A stretch of 64,000 nucleotides of DNA from positions 13,039 to 77,038 of the forward strand of contig JAJYOP010000005.1 of NCBI GenBank assembly GCA_021796115.1, read 5' to 3'. A program made the position numbers and the translations under genes. Shown here one piece after another: positions 29,429-37,061 of the stretch (the stretch's first letter is position 1; every line of letters starts with the position of its first letter). The notes below the pieces were generated by a model. The model worked only from the letters and a program-made list of their open reading frames with translations. It was not told where the DNA came from and ran no database searches. The stretch is from a bacterium (lineage in GTDB: Bacteria > Omnitrophota > Gorgyraeia > Duberdicusellales > 4484-171).

Positions 29429-29457
29429 TCTATATCACTAATTTGATGATTTGTCAA
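29429..29457 (-). promoter_or_regulatory. Sigma70-type promoter facing the truncated secretin gene
   Basis: On the minus strand, TTGACA (29457-29452), a 17-nt spacer, then TATAGA (29434-29429). Confidence 0.4.
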
Positions 29458-29550
29458 ATAATTTTTACTTTTTCGCAAACAAAAGATTATATCTTTTTAA
29501 GGTAAGAACGAATGCCGCTGGTTTTGCTGAATCGGACGTTAATCCATTTT

Positions 29551-29660
29551 GCCGGAATTCCGCGAGCTTGGCCCGTGGGTTGGTGGCGGAAAGGGGCGTC
29601 GCCCGCTTTAAGCGGGCAAGGTAAAAAGGACCCGCGGGCCTTGCCCGTGCGGGCTCCAGT
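29551..29660. other. GC-rich structured island (75 of 110 nt are G+C by hand count) of unknown function
   Basis: ggcccgtgggt (29570-29580) pairs with acccgcgggcc (29630-29640). Local hairpin gcccgc-tttaa-gcgggc. Competing helix gcgggcaagg / ccttgcccg. Confidence 0.4.
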
Positions 29661-30418
29661 CAGGGAAGGGTTATTTCGTCAGGTGAGCTTGCAATTATTT
29701 CGGTGTATTTATTGTATTGCCGAATCCTTGCACTTACTTCAACGGTCTTTCCAATATAGAATTTAAGGGGGTCTATCCCCTTTTTATAAAAATCCCCAGA
29801 TGAATTATTGAATATGATTATCCTAACAATTCCTTTTCCCTGTGTGGCGAAGCTAAGAGCAATGAATTTCTTTGTCTGACGGGAATTGTTAATTTTCCCC
29901 CTGACTGTCCGTATTTGATTTACATATTGAGGGGCTTCTTCGGCACTCACGGTTTCGTAAACACCCCACATTCCTTTTTTGTCTTTCCGTGCAGCACGCT
30001 GCAGGGCGACGAATGTGTCGACATATTTGACATTAGGGGGGATTGTATAAGTTACGGCAAAGCCCTCTTCTATTAGTTTTGCGTTTACGAAAGTGTTTCC
30101 AAGAAAACAGTAGCCAAGCAGTCTTCCGTATATGTCCTTTTTCTCGACATCAAATTCTATGCGCACATATTTATTCTCTACTAATTTTTGATTTAATCTT
30201 TTTGCATCGATGGCAAATGGTTGAGGGTTATAGATAAAGCGTCCACCTTTCTTTATCCGCACTTCCGGTGTGTCAAGGCCGATGTAACGCAGGTTTTTTC
30301 CATTTTCAAGTTTTACAGTATCTCCATCGATTACTTTTATTACCTTTATGCGTGAGTAATCGCAGGTTTGATTGCAGGCACAAAGAAAGATTAAAAAAGG
30401 TAAAAGTTTTTTTATCAC
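29660..30418 (-). CDS. Thermonuclease (SNase-like) lipoprotein with a C-terminal OB-like extension
   Basis: Lipobox-like LIFLCAC. SNase motifs VIDGDTVKL..RYIGLDTPE, YGRLLGY, LIEEGFA. Confidence 0.75.
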   Translation of the reverse strand: MIKKLLPFLIFLCACNQTCDYSRIKVIKVIDGDTVKLENGKNLRYIGLDTPEVRIKKGGRFIYNPQPFAIDAKRLNQKLVENKYVRIEFDVEKKDIYGRLLGYCFLGNTFVNAKLIEEGFAVTYTIPPNVKYVDTFVALQRAARKDKKGMWGVYETVSAEEAPQYVNQIRTVRGKINNSRQTKKFIALSFATQGKGIVRIIIFNNSSGDFYKKGIDPLKFYIGKTVEVSARIRQYNKYTEIIASSPDEITLP

Positions 30419-30837
30419 CGTAAGTCTTCCGCAATTTTCACGAATATTTTTTGGGCAAATTGAGGCTTTGGCATGAGGTGTCTACGCGCGGAAATTTTTA
30501 ATTTCTGCATTTTCGGACTCATTTCATCTATTTTGACCGTAACGTCATGGCCAGATATTTTTGCTTTAATGAAGCCTTTTGATTCATTGGAAACAGATAT
30601 ATCTGCCTGCATGCTTTGCAGCTTATCGACAGTAATATCCCAAAGAGTGCGGTAATCACATTTTATATCTCCGATAGCGGAATCAGTGCTTAGTGAATAT
30701 CCTATTATAGCGCCGGTACCGGCAATGATGACAGGAACACACGCGATTAAAGTATTTAAAAATAAAGCAAAAGCAATAAAATAGGTAATTTCTTTTAAGG
30801 AAAATTTTTTAATCGGTGATATTTTTTGAAAATTCAT
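30415..30837 (-). CDS. Small membrane or lipoprotein, hypothetical (DUF3568-like)
   Basis: Hydrophobic N-terminus ending in a Cys; about 100-aa soluble domain. The family call is from memory only. Confidence 0.4.
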   Translation of the reverse strand: MNFQKISPIKKFSLKEITYFIAFALFLNTLIACVPVIIAGTGAIIGYSLSTDSAIGDIKCDYRTLWDITVDKLQSMQADISVSNESKGFIKAKISGHDVTVKIDEMSPKMQKLKISARRHLMPKPQFAQKIFVKIAEDLR

Positions 30838-30850
30838 TTTTTTATCAATT

Positions 30851-31939
30851 TTATGCGGGAAAGTTTTTAATAAAAAAGCTGCTGATTATTTCCTCGACCC
30901 GCCCGACCTCTTCGCTTGCCGTCCCGCCGAAAGAAAAATTATGGGCGCCGATAGCAAGGATAAGTATATCAAACCGGGATTCGCTTTGCAAGTATTGCGT
31001 TGCCAGTTTAAGCGATACATCGTGGGTAAAATACAAAGAAATTTCCTGTGCTTGCGTACTTTCGTAACATCCGAAGGCTATCTCCACTCCCAATGCTGCC
31101 GCATCAATGAAAATTACAAGATCGCTTCCGGAATTAGATATTTTACTTAAATAACTTTCTAAAGCTGTACCCGCCTCAATGACAGTTAAGCTGACACGGC
31201 CTTTTACTTTCTGTGCTATCGTTACACCAGCCCTGTCATCGGACTTCAACGAATTTCCAATTCCTACCAGAAGAGTTTTTTTGTGGCTTTTAATCTTTTC
31301 TCTAATCCCTCTTAATATTTCTTTCTCTTTTTCTTCAGGTATGAGTACGGAAATCATCTTAAGCTCTGATATTAGATTTTCAAAACTGGTAAAATGTATG
31401 GCCGATAATTTAAATTGTTTTGCTTGATGGATTAAGTCGTGGCGATCGTCAATGTAAATTATGTCTTCATATTTACAGCCACTAACCTTTTTTAATTCTT
31501 CATATATAGCTTTTTCTGGTTTTAGCGCCTTTACCTTAAATGAAAGCACTAGGTGGTCAAAAAAAGCAAAAACTTGCGGATATTTTTTCTGAAGATATTC
31601 GTAATGTAGCTCATTGATGTTTGAAATAAGGCAGGTGGGATACAAAAGGCTGATTTTTTCGACAAGTTTTATCATTTCCGTATTTGGAGAAAAAATTTCC
31701 GTCCAAACCGTAGAAAATTCTTCATACGTAACTGACGCCTTGAACCGGATTTTAAACTTATTATAAAAATCAAGGCCTGAAATAGTACCTTTCTCAAAAT
31801 CGTCGGCAAAATTATTTACGAAAAGCTCATTTATAATTTCGTCAGGCGGGACTAAAATCTTGTCTTTTATTTTATCCAGAGCAATCTCGTAATCAAAATC
31901 AAAAAGAACCCTGCCTAAGTCAAAGGCAAAACATTTCAT
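30851..31939 (-). CDS. Fusion of a HAD-superfamily hydrolase and a hydrogenase maturation endopeptidase (HycI/HyaD family)
   Basis: N-terminus FAFDLGRVLFDFD (HAD motif I) and IYIDDRHDL. C-terminus LLVGIGNSLKSDDRAGV, VIFIDAA, FTHDVSL are protease motifs. Confidence 0.7.
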   Translation of the reverse strand: MKCFAFDLGRVLFDFDYEIALDKIKDKILVPPDEIINELFVNNFADDFEKGTISGLDFYNKFKIRFKASVTYEEFSTVWTEIFSPNTEMIKLVEKISLLYPTCLISNINELHYEYLQKKYPQVFAFFDHLVLSFKVKALKPEKAIYEELKKVSGCKYEDIIYIDDRHDLIHQAKQFKLSAIHFTSFENLISELKMISVLIPEEKEKEILRGIREKIKSHKKTLLVGIGNSLKSDDRAGVTIAQKVKGRVSLTVIEAGTALESYLSKISNSGSDLVIFIDAAALGVEIAFGCYESTQAQEISLYFTHDVSLKLATQYLQSESRFDILILAIGAHNFSFGGTASEEVGRVEEIISSFFIKNFPA

Positions 31940-32121
31940 GAATTTATCCTGCTATAAAGTTCCAAATCCCGATTTCCAATGACCAAACAAATTCTAATAT
32001 CCAATGACCAAATTCTCAAGCCTAAAATTTTGGACATCGGAACGCGAAAATTAAATTTGTCTGGAATTTGTCCTTGGAGGTCGAATGGGTTTGAGCTTGG
32101 TGCTTGGAATTTTCTCATGCG
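31940..32121. repeat. Second copy-class of the CCAA/TTGG intercistronic palindrome
   Basis: ttccaatgaccaaacaaattctaatatccaatgaccaaa on +. Its reverse complement carries tttggtcattggatatt, as at 314-330. Confidence 0.6.
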
Positions 32122-32721
32122 CTAGGAACTAAACACTGTTTCTCGGCGGCAATCAGGGCACAGGATACTGAACCTTGAAGCGCGTTTAAGCAGCTTATCT
32201 GCGGCATAGCATTTTTTGCCGAAAAGCATACTTTGAGCAAAGGTAAGTAGTGTTGTATTTGGCGGATATAAGGCCCCGAGTTTTTTAATTGTCCAATCCA
32301 GGTGGTCTTTGCAGGCAAAAGCTCTATTGCAGCATTCGCAGAAAATCATCTCTTTCTCTATTGTCTGGATAAGACTTTTTCTGTTTTCTGTTGTTGCAAT
32401 GTCGAATTCGTTGGAGAGCATTATTCCTTCAACACTTACGCAGTTTAATTGGCATTGCCCACAGGCAATGCATACATCCCAATTAACCGTGAACACTCTT
32501 TTTGCGCGGCCATTCTCCGCCACGTCCTTAAAGTTTAAAGCTTTTGTCGGGCAAACATTAACACAAGCGGTGCAGCCGATACACTTATCTTCATAATAAT
32601 AAGGCCGGCCGCGGAACGCGCGAAAAGGAATGCAAGGCTTTTTAGGAAACTTTGTTGTATAAGCCTTTGAAAATAAAGAAGTTATGGCGCCTTTTATTTC
32701 GCGTAATTTTGGATATTTCAT
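32122..32721 (-). CDS. NuoI/MbhN-like 2x[4Fe-4S] subunit with a Cys-rich C-terminal extension
   Basis: CIGCTACVNVCP and CIACGQCQLNC motifs. Extra CECCNRAFAC..CPDC motifs. Confidence 0.75.
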   Translation of the reverse strand: MKYPKLREIKGAITSLFSKAYTTKFPKKPCIPFRAFRGRPYYYEDKCIGCTACVNVCPTKALNFKDVAENGRAKRVFTVNWDVCIACGQCQLNCVSVEGIMLSNEFDIATTENRKSLIQTIEKEMIFCECCNRAFACKDHLDWTIKKLGALYPPNTTLLTFAQSMLFGKKCYAADKLLKRASRFSILCPDCRRETVFSS

Positions 32722-32744
32722 TTTATTACCCGGTTAAATCATTA

Positions 32745-33059
32745 TTACTTATATTCGTTGCCGACACTCCCTTCGCACAACTTCTCTCCTGATTTATGCG
32801 CTGCGCGCGCCAAGGCGTGAGAAGAAGTCGGCGAACTAAATAGCAAAAATATGAGTGCAAGTAAACATTTTATTCCCGCAGCATTAAAACCTAAAACTAA
32901 AAATGTGCCAAATAAAATATTACAAGTGCCAAAAGTAACGCATTTTGTCGAAGCCTGTAATCGATTATACACATCAGGGAATCTGAAAAGGCCGAGGCAC
33001 CCAATCAAGTCAAATGCAAGGCCTAGAGTAATAAAAATTACCCCGATTATATTATTCAT
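32745..33059 (-). CDS. Mrp/Mnh antiporter subunit G-like (MbhC-like)
   Basis: GLFRFPDVYNRLQASTK motif; three TM helices. Confidence 0.75.
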   Translation of the reverse strand: MNNIIGVIFITLGLAFDLIGCLGLFRFPDVYNRLQASTKCVTFGTCNILFGTFLVLGFNAAGIKCLLALIFLLFSSPTSSHALARAAHKSGEKLCEGSVGNEYK

Positions 33060-33420
33060 CGAAATCCTTTCCTTCTAAAAACTTTGCAAAGGCAAGAGTT
33101 GAGATAAAACTTTGTAATGCCCAGGCAATGCCTATATCCATATACCAACTCCTTTTTGTGCTTATGCTTAACAGCGCACATATGCCCACAATTAAAATTC
33201 CAAGCATATCCATACCGACAATTCTGTCGGCAGCATTCGGTCCGCGTAGTACACGAAAGAGACAAAAAAATGCACTTAAAAGAATTATACTCATTCCCCT
33301 TTTTAGGATATTTAAAAACGGCAGATCAGGATACATTAAAATATTAAGTGGGTGGAACAATAGCGCAGAAAGAATTACTGCCAGCAATAAAGCACTGATA
33401 AAATAACGCACTGTTTTCAC
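33052..33420 (-). CDS. Mrp/Mnh subunit F-like (MbhB-like)
   Basis: FRVLRGPNAADRIVGMD motif. GTG at 33420, coupled to the upstream sORF stop, is preferred over the ATG at 33444 that lies inside the repeat. Confidence 0.65.
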   Translation of the reverse strand: MKTVRYFISALLLAVILSALLFHPLNILMYPDLPFLNILKRGMSIILLSAFFCLFRVLRGPNAADRIVGMDMLGILIVGICALLSISTKRSWYMDIGIAWALQSFISTLAFAKFLEGKDFDE

Positions 33421-33527
33421 CAAGCCCTTCCTTTTTTTAAACATTTTCCGAGTGCATCTTTGTTTTGTTCCAACCTTTCCATATCTTTATAGATAAACAT
33501 CGTTTGTTTTGGAAGGGCTGGGTTCAT
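33417..33527 (-). repeat. Intercistronic cassette copy 1: 36-codon sORF plus SD-sequestering helices
   Basis: The ATG lies 1 nt after the mrpE-like stop, and its TGA overlaps the GTG of the next gene. Peptide MNPALPKQTMFIYKDMERLEQNKDALGKCLKKGRAW. 95 of 111 nt are identical to 35506-35616. Confidence 0.6.
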
Positions 33528-33528
33528 C

Positions 33529-34017
33529 TTATTCAAATATTTTCTTTATAAGATTCTCAAATTTATTGACCGCGGCCGTTATGATTTCTTTTTTATCGCC
33601 AACTTCAATGCAATGGAGATATAGACAACTCTCTTCTTTATCTAAATCAACGGTTATGGCGCCCCGAGTTAAGGTAATTATATTTGCAAGATAAGTCAAG
33701 CCTATATCTGTTTTTAGCGAGGTTTTTACCTTAATAATTCCTGGTTTGAGGGAAAGATTGGGGCTGATAATATAGCGCGCGATATCCAGGTTTGCTTTAA
33801 AGCATTCCCAGATAAAGACGGGCATAAGGTATAAAAACCATAAATAGCGCTGCACTTTGAAAAATTGGGCCGGACGATTGGTAAAAAGGTCGCCCAAGAG
33901 TAACGTCACGAAAGCGGCAACGATAATTCCGATGAATATATGTTGTGCGTCTACTGGAAAGCGCAACAAACACCAAATAATAAAGCCAACGATAAATAAT
34001 ATTAACTTACTTCTCAT
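33529..34017 (-). CDS. Mrp/Mnh subunit E-like (MbhA-like)
   Basis: 162 aa, N-terminal TM helices, position within the Mrp gene order. Confidence 0.65.
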   Translation of the reverse strand: MRSKLILFIVGFIIWCLLRFPVDAQHIFIGIIVAAFVTLLLGDLFTNRPAQFFKVQRYLWFLYLMPVFIWECFKANLDIARYIISPNLSLKPGIIKVKTSLKTDIGLTYLANIITLTRGAITVDLDKEESCLYLHCIEVGDKKEIITAAVNKFENLIKKIFE

Positions 34018-35509
34018 TTGTCACCTTTAAAATCATATCTTTATAATCTTTTCCCTGCGCTAATACGTTTTTGGCCGGTTCGGTAAAATAATTGCCGAAT
34101 TTCGGTAAAATAATTACACCGCTAAAGATGCAAACGATTGATAAAATTACCATTGAGGTTTGCATTAGGAAGGGGACTTCCCGCGTACTTTCCAATTCTT
34201 TAGGTGCCGGGCCAAAAAATGCGGATTTTTGGAATTTCATAAAATAGGAAATAGTTAAAACACTACCTATAATTGCCCAGATGCCATAGCCGATGTAACC
34301 GCTTTTTATGCAAGCAAAAATAATCAGCAATTTGCTGAAAAAACCATTAAACGGCGGTATTCCAGAGATACCCATAGAAGCGATTAAAGATGTATTCGCG
34401 GTTATCGGCATTTTTTCGCGTAGCCCTCCAAGCTTTTCTAAATCCCGCGTGCCGGTGGCATATTCCACTGCTCCGGAGTTTAAGAAAAGCAGAGATTTGA
34501 ATATGGAGTGATTAAATAAATGAAACAGCGCTCCAAGTATAGCCATAGGAGTACCGATACCTAAGCCTAAAATTATATAACCAACCTGGCTTATGGATGA
34601 ATAAGCCAGCATTCGTTTTAAATCTGACTGACCGAGGGCGAGTAAGCCGCCTACAATTATTGAAACTGCGCCTAAAAACATTAATAAGCTTAAAAAAGAC
34701 GTAGTGACGCCTAAAACGTTATAAAAAATCCGGCAGAGGCTGTATATTCCCAGGGATTTAATCAGAATTCCGGAAAGCATGGCCGAAATCGGTGCCGGTG
34801 CTGCCGGATGAGCATCGGCAAGCCAGGCATGAAACGGAACAATTGCTGATTTTATGCCAAAGCCCAAGATGAATAAAATACTTGAGAAAATAACTGTCTT
34901 GTTGATTCCTTGGTTTGAAATAACCTCTGAAAGATGAGCCATATTTAGCGTAGAGGCGTTTGAATAAAGAAAAACAATTCCCAGAAGAATAAAAAGAGAA
35001 CCCATTGCGCTCATGGCCATATATTTGAAAGACGCTTCCATCTCTTCCGCTCTGCTTCCGAAGGCAACAAGTGCGTAACTTGCGATTGAAGCAAGCTCAA
35101 AAAAGACAAAAAGGTTAAAAATGTCTCCGCTGATAACTACGCCGTTCATTCCGCCAACCATAAGGAGAAACAAAGTGTAAAACTTACTTTTTGCCGTAAA
35201 TTTTTCCATGTAGTTTACCGAGTATAAGTTAATCATAAAAGAGATAAAATTTACGATTAAAAGCATAAAAGCCGTTAAGCTGTCGACAACCAGAGGTATG
35301 CCAATAGGCGGAGCCCATCCTCCAACTTTATAAATAAGAGGAAGTATTTGTGTATTGGTATTGTAGAGCGTAATCAGAGAAATAATAAAAAGAAGCAAAG
35401 TTATTGCGTTAGAAAAAATATCGCAAAAAGCCCCTTTTCTCTTTCCGGAAAGCGAAAGCAAAAAAGCAGCTCCAAGCGGTAAGATTATGAATAAAGGAAT
35501 TAATTTCAC
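34007..35509 (-). CDS. MrpD/NuoM/NuoN-like antiporter subunit (second antiporter-like subunit)
   Basis: 500 aa, about 14 TM helices, proton-conducting-transporter motifs (WLADAHPAAPAPISAMLSG, MLAYSSISQVGYI). Confidence 0.85.
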   Translation of the reverse strand: MKLIPLFIILPLGAAFLLSLSGKRKGAFCDIFSNAITLLLFIISLITLYNTNTQILPLIYKVGGWAPPIGIPLVVDSLTAFMLLIVNFISFMINLYSVNYMEKFTAKSKFYTLFLLMVGGMNGVVISGDIFNLFVFFELASIASYALVAFGSRAEEMEASFKYMAMSAMGSLFILLGIVFLYSNASTLNMAHLSEVISNQGINKTVIFSSILFILGFGIKSAIVPFHAWLADAHPAAPAPISAMLSGILIKSLGIYSLCRIFYNVLGVTTSFLSLLMFLGAVSIIVGGLLALGQSDLKRMLAYSSISQVGYIILGLGIGTPMAILGALFHLFNHSIFKSLLFLNSGAVEYATGTRDLEKLGGLREKMPITANTSLIASMGISGIPPFNGFFSKLLIIFACIKSGYIGYGIWAIIGSVLTISYFMKFQKSAFFGPAPKELESTREVPFLMQTSMVILSIVCIFSGVIILPKFGNYFTEPAKNVLAQGKDYKDMILKVTNEK

Positions 35510-35616
35510 CCAGCCCTTCCTTTTCTAAAACATTTTTTTAGTAAATCTTTATCTTGTCCCAACCTTCCCATATCTTTATCGGTAAACATAGTTTGTTTTG
35601 GAAGGGATGGGTTCAT
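35506..35616 (-). repeat. Intercistronic cassette copy 2: 36-codon sORF plus SD-sequestering helices
   Basis: The ATG lies 1 nt after the mrpC-like stop, and its TGA overlaps the GTG of mrpD. Peptide MNPSLPKQTMFTDKDMGRLGQDKDLLKKCFRKGRAG. Confidence 0.6.
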
Positions 35617-35617
35617 A

Positions 35618-35995
35618 TCAGCCTTTTAACCTATTTATTTTTGTTATATCGAATGTGCCGTATTTTTCATAAATTCTTATGGCGATTCCGACAAGCAACG
35701 CCGTAGTAGCCAAGCCGATTACTATAGAAGTTAATGCCAAGGCCTGCGGCAGCGGGTCAACCATGTTTACTATTTCCTGCCTAGGAGAGTATATCGGGGA
35801 ACGGCCGTTCATTTTGTATGCAAAGAGTGCAAGAAATAGATTGACCGCATATTCGCAGATGATAATACCGATAATTATTTTTATGATATTTCGTTTTCGA
35901 ACAATTGCGTAAAGCCCTACGCAAAATAATATCAAGCAGAGAAAATAAGTAAGCATTTTATTCCTCGTCTTTTTCCAAATCTTTTTTCGGAGCAA
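35618..35995 (-). CDS. MrpC/NuoK-like subunit (MbhG-like)
   Basis: 125 aa, three TM helices, PLPQALALT motif. Confidence 0.8.
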   Translation of the reverse strand: MLRKKIWKKTRNKMLTYFLCLILFCVGLYAIVRKRNIIKIIIGIIICEYAVNLFLALFAYKMNGRSPIYSPRQEIVNMVDPLPQALALTSIVIGLATTALLVGIAIRIYEKYGTFDITKINRLKG

Positions 35996-36437
35996 ATTTC
36001 AATAAGACCAGCACCAGAAATATTCCAAATAAACCAAGCGATACCTCCAAGAGCGCAAGCGCGACATTTGAAATTGGTATGGTTCCGGCAGAGAGAAGTT
36101 TAAACGGCATTCCTTTGGGAAGCCAATTGTAAAAGAAATATCCGCCGCTAAAACCTAAAAGTGCAATAACTAAAAACATAATTACGCCTAAACTTTCAAG
36201 GATGGAAATCATTCTTTCAGGGATTCTTTTTAATATTTCTTCTTTTCCGAAAGCAAGCATGAAAAGAATGTAAGAAAGCGCAATAATAAATCCGCCGGCA
36301 AATCCTCCGCCCGGAGAAACATGCCCATGCAGGACAATATAGATTCCATAGAGAAGTATTAAACCCACAAAAATACGGGTAACAGTCTTAACGATAAGGC
36401 TCATTCCTTTATTATCTGAATTGTTCTTAGCCTTCAT
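35958..36437 (-). CDS. MrpB/MnhB-domain subunit (MbhF-like)
   Basis: HVSPGGGFAGG motif typical of the MnhB domain. Confidence 0.7.
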   Translation of the reverse strand: MKAKNNSDNKGMSLIVKTVTRIFVGLILLYGIYIVLHGHVSPGGGFAGGFIIALSYILFMLAFGKEEILKRIPERMISILESLGVIMFLVIALLGFSGGYFFYNWLPKGMPFKLLSAGTIPISNVALALLEVSLGLFGIFLVLVLLKFAPKKDLEKDEE

Positions 36438-36966
36438 CTTTTTCCCCTAATTTTTTACGTGCTTTTTTGCGCATTACACTCATTACGCCTATGGCGGCAG
36501 CAAATAAGACAGTAGCTTCACCTAGGGTGTCATAGGCACGGAAATTCAGGTTTATCGCCGAGACCAGGTTGGTCGCATGAGTTTTTTGGCTCGCTTCGTT
36601 AAGAAAGAATTCAGAAACCCGCATCACAGGGCTACCGAAAACCGGCAGATTTTTTAAAGCCTGATAGCCCGCATAGAGAAAAACAGCTAAAAATAGGCAA
36701 GTTGCCACAGTATTGAAAAGCCAGCGCCCCGAAGTTGAAAAAGGCAAATCGTCTCTCGCGGTCGCCCTGATTAAAATAGCTAAACACAGGATTTCAACGA
36801 CCAATTGGGTAATTGCTAAATCAGGCGCTTTTAGCATTAAAAAAGTTATGCAAAGCCCAAGGCCGCTTGCGCCAACCGCAACAACCGCCGAAAGCAAATC
36901 TTTTACATTAATGGCAACGAGCGCACCAAGGATAATGAAGATTAATAGAAAATTTATTTCAAGCAT
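36427..36966 (-). CDS. MbhD/MbhE-like fusion (MrpA C-terminal-like plus MnhB N-terminal-like)
   Basis: APDLAITQLVVE motif, then NFRAYDTLGEATVLF. Confidence 0.6.
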   Translation of the reverse strand: MLEINFLLIFIILGALVAINVKDLLSAVVAVGASGLGLCITFLMLKAPDLAITQLVVEILCLAILIRATARDDLPFSTSGRWLFNTVATCLFLAVFLYAGYQALKNLPVFGSPVMRVSEFFLNEASQKTHATNLVSAINLNFRAYDTLGEATVLFAAAIGVMSVMRKKARKKLGEKDEG

Positions 36967-37061
36967 TTTAAGTTTTCACACCGTAAAGCCACTAATACCG
37001 AAAAAGCGCAAAAGATTTTTTTGCGACTTTATGCCTTCTTTACAATTGGACGGTATTAATT

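Noticed and set aside
29480-29680. The GC-rich island as SRP RNA, RNase P RNA, tmRNA, a group II intron D5/D6 or a c-di-GMP/guanidine/fluoride riboswitch
   Set aside because: I could not find the diagnostic cores on either strand. These include GGUCCGGAAGGAAGCAGC for SRP, GAGGAAAGUCC for RNase P, and the known riboswitch consensus boxes. The element is left as unknown.
29512-29766. An 84-aa + strand ORF (MPLVLLNRTLIHFAGIPRAWPVGWWRKG...)
   Set aside because: It is Arg/Pro/Gly/Trp-rich because it reads through the GC-rich island. It then runs antisense into the thermonuclease gene and has no RBS.
31936-32318. Two minus-strand ORFs (60 aa and 67 aa) around the operon-distal spacer
   Set aside because: The first is the translation of the CCAA/TTGG repeat. 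The second overlaps the 3' end of the NuoI-like gene in another frame.
33421-33444. ATG at 33444 as the start of the MrpF-like gene
   Set aside because: Those 24 nt belong to the repeated cassette. In the paralogous copy the equivalent frame has a stop (ATGTTTTAG), whereas the GTG coupled to the sORF stop is conserved in both copies. It remains possible.
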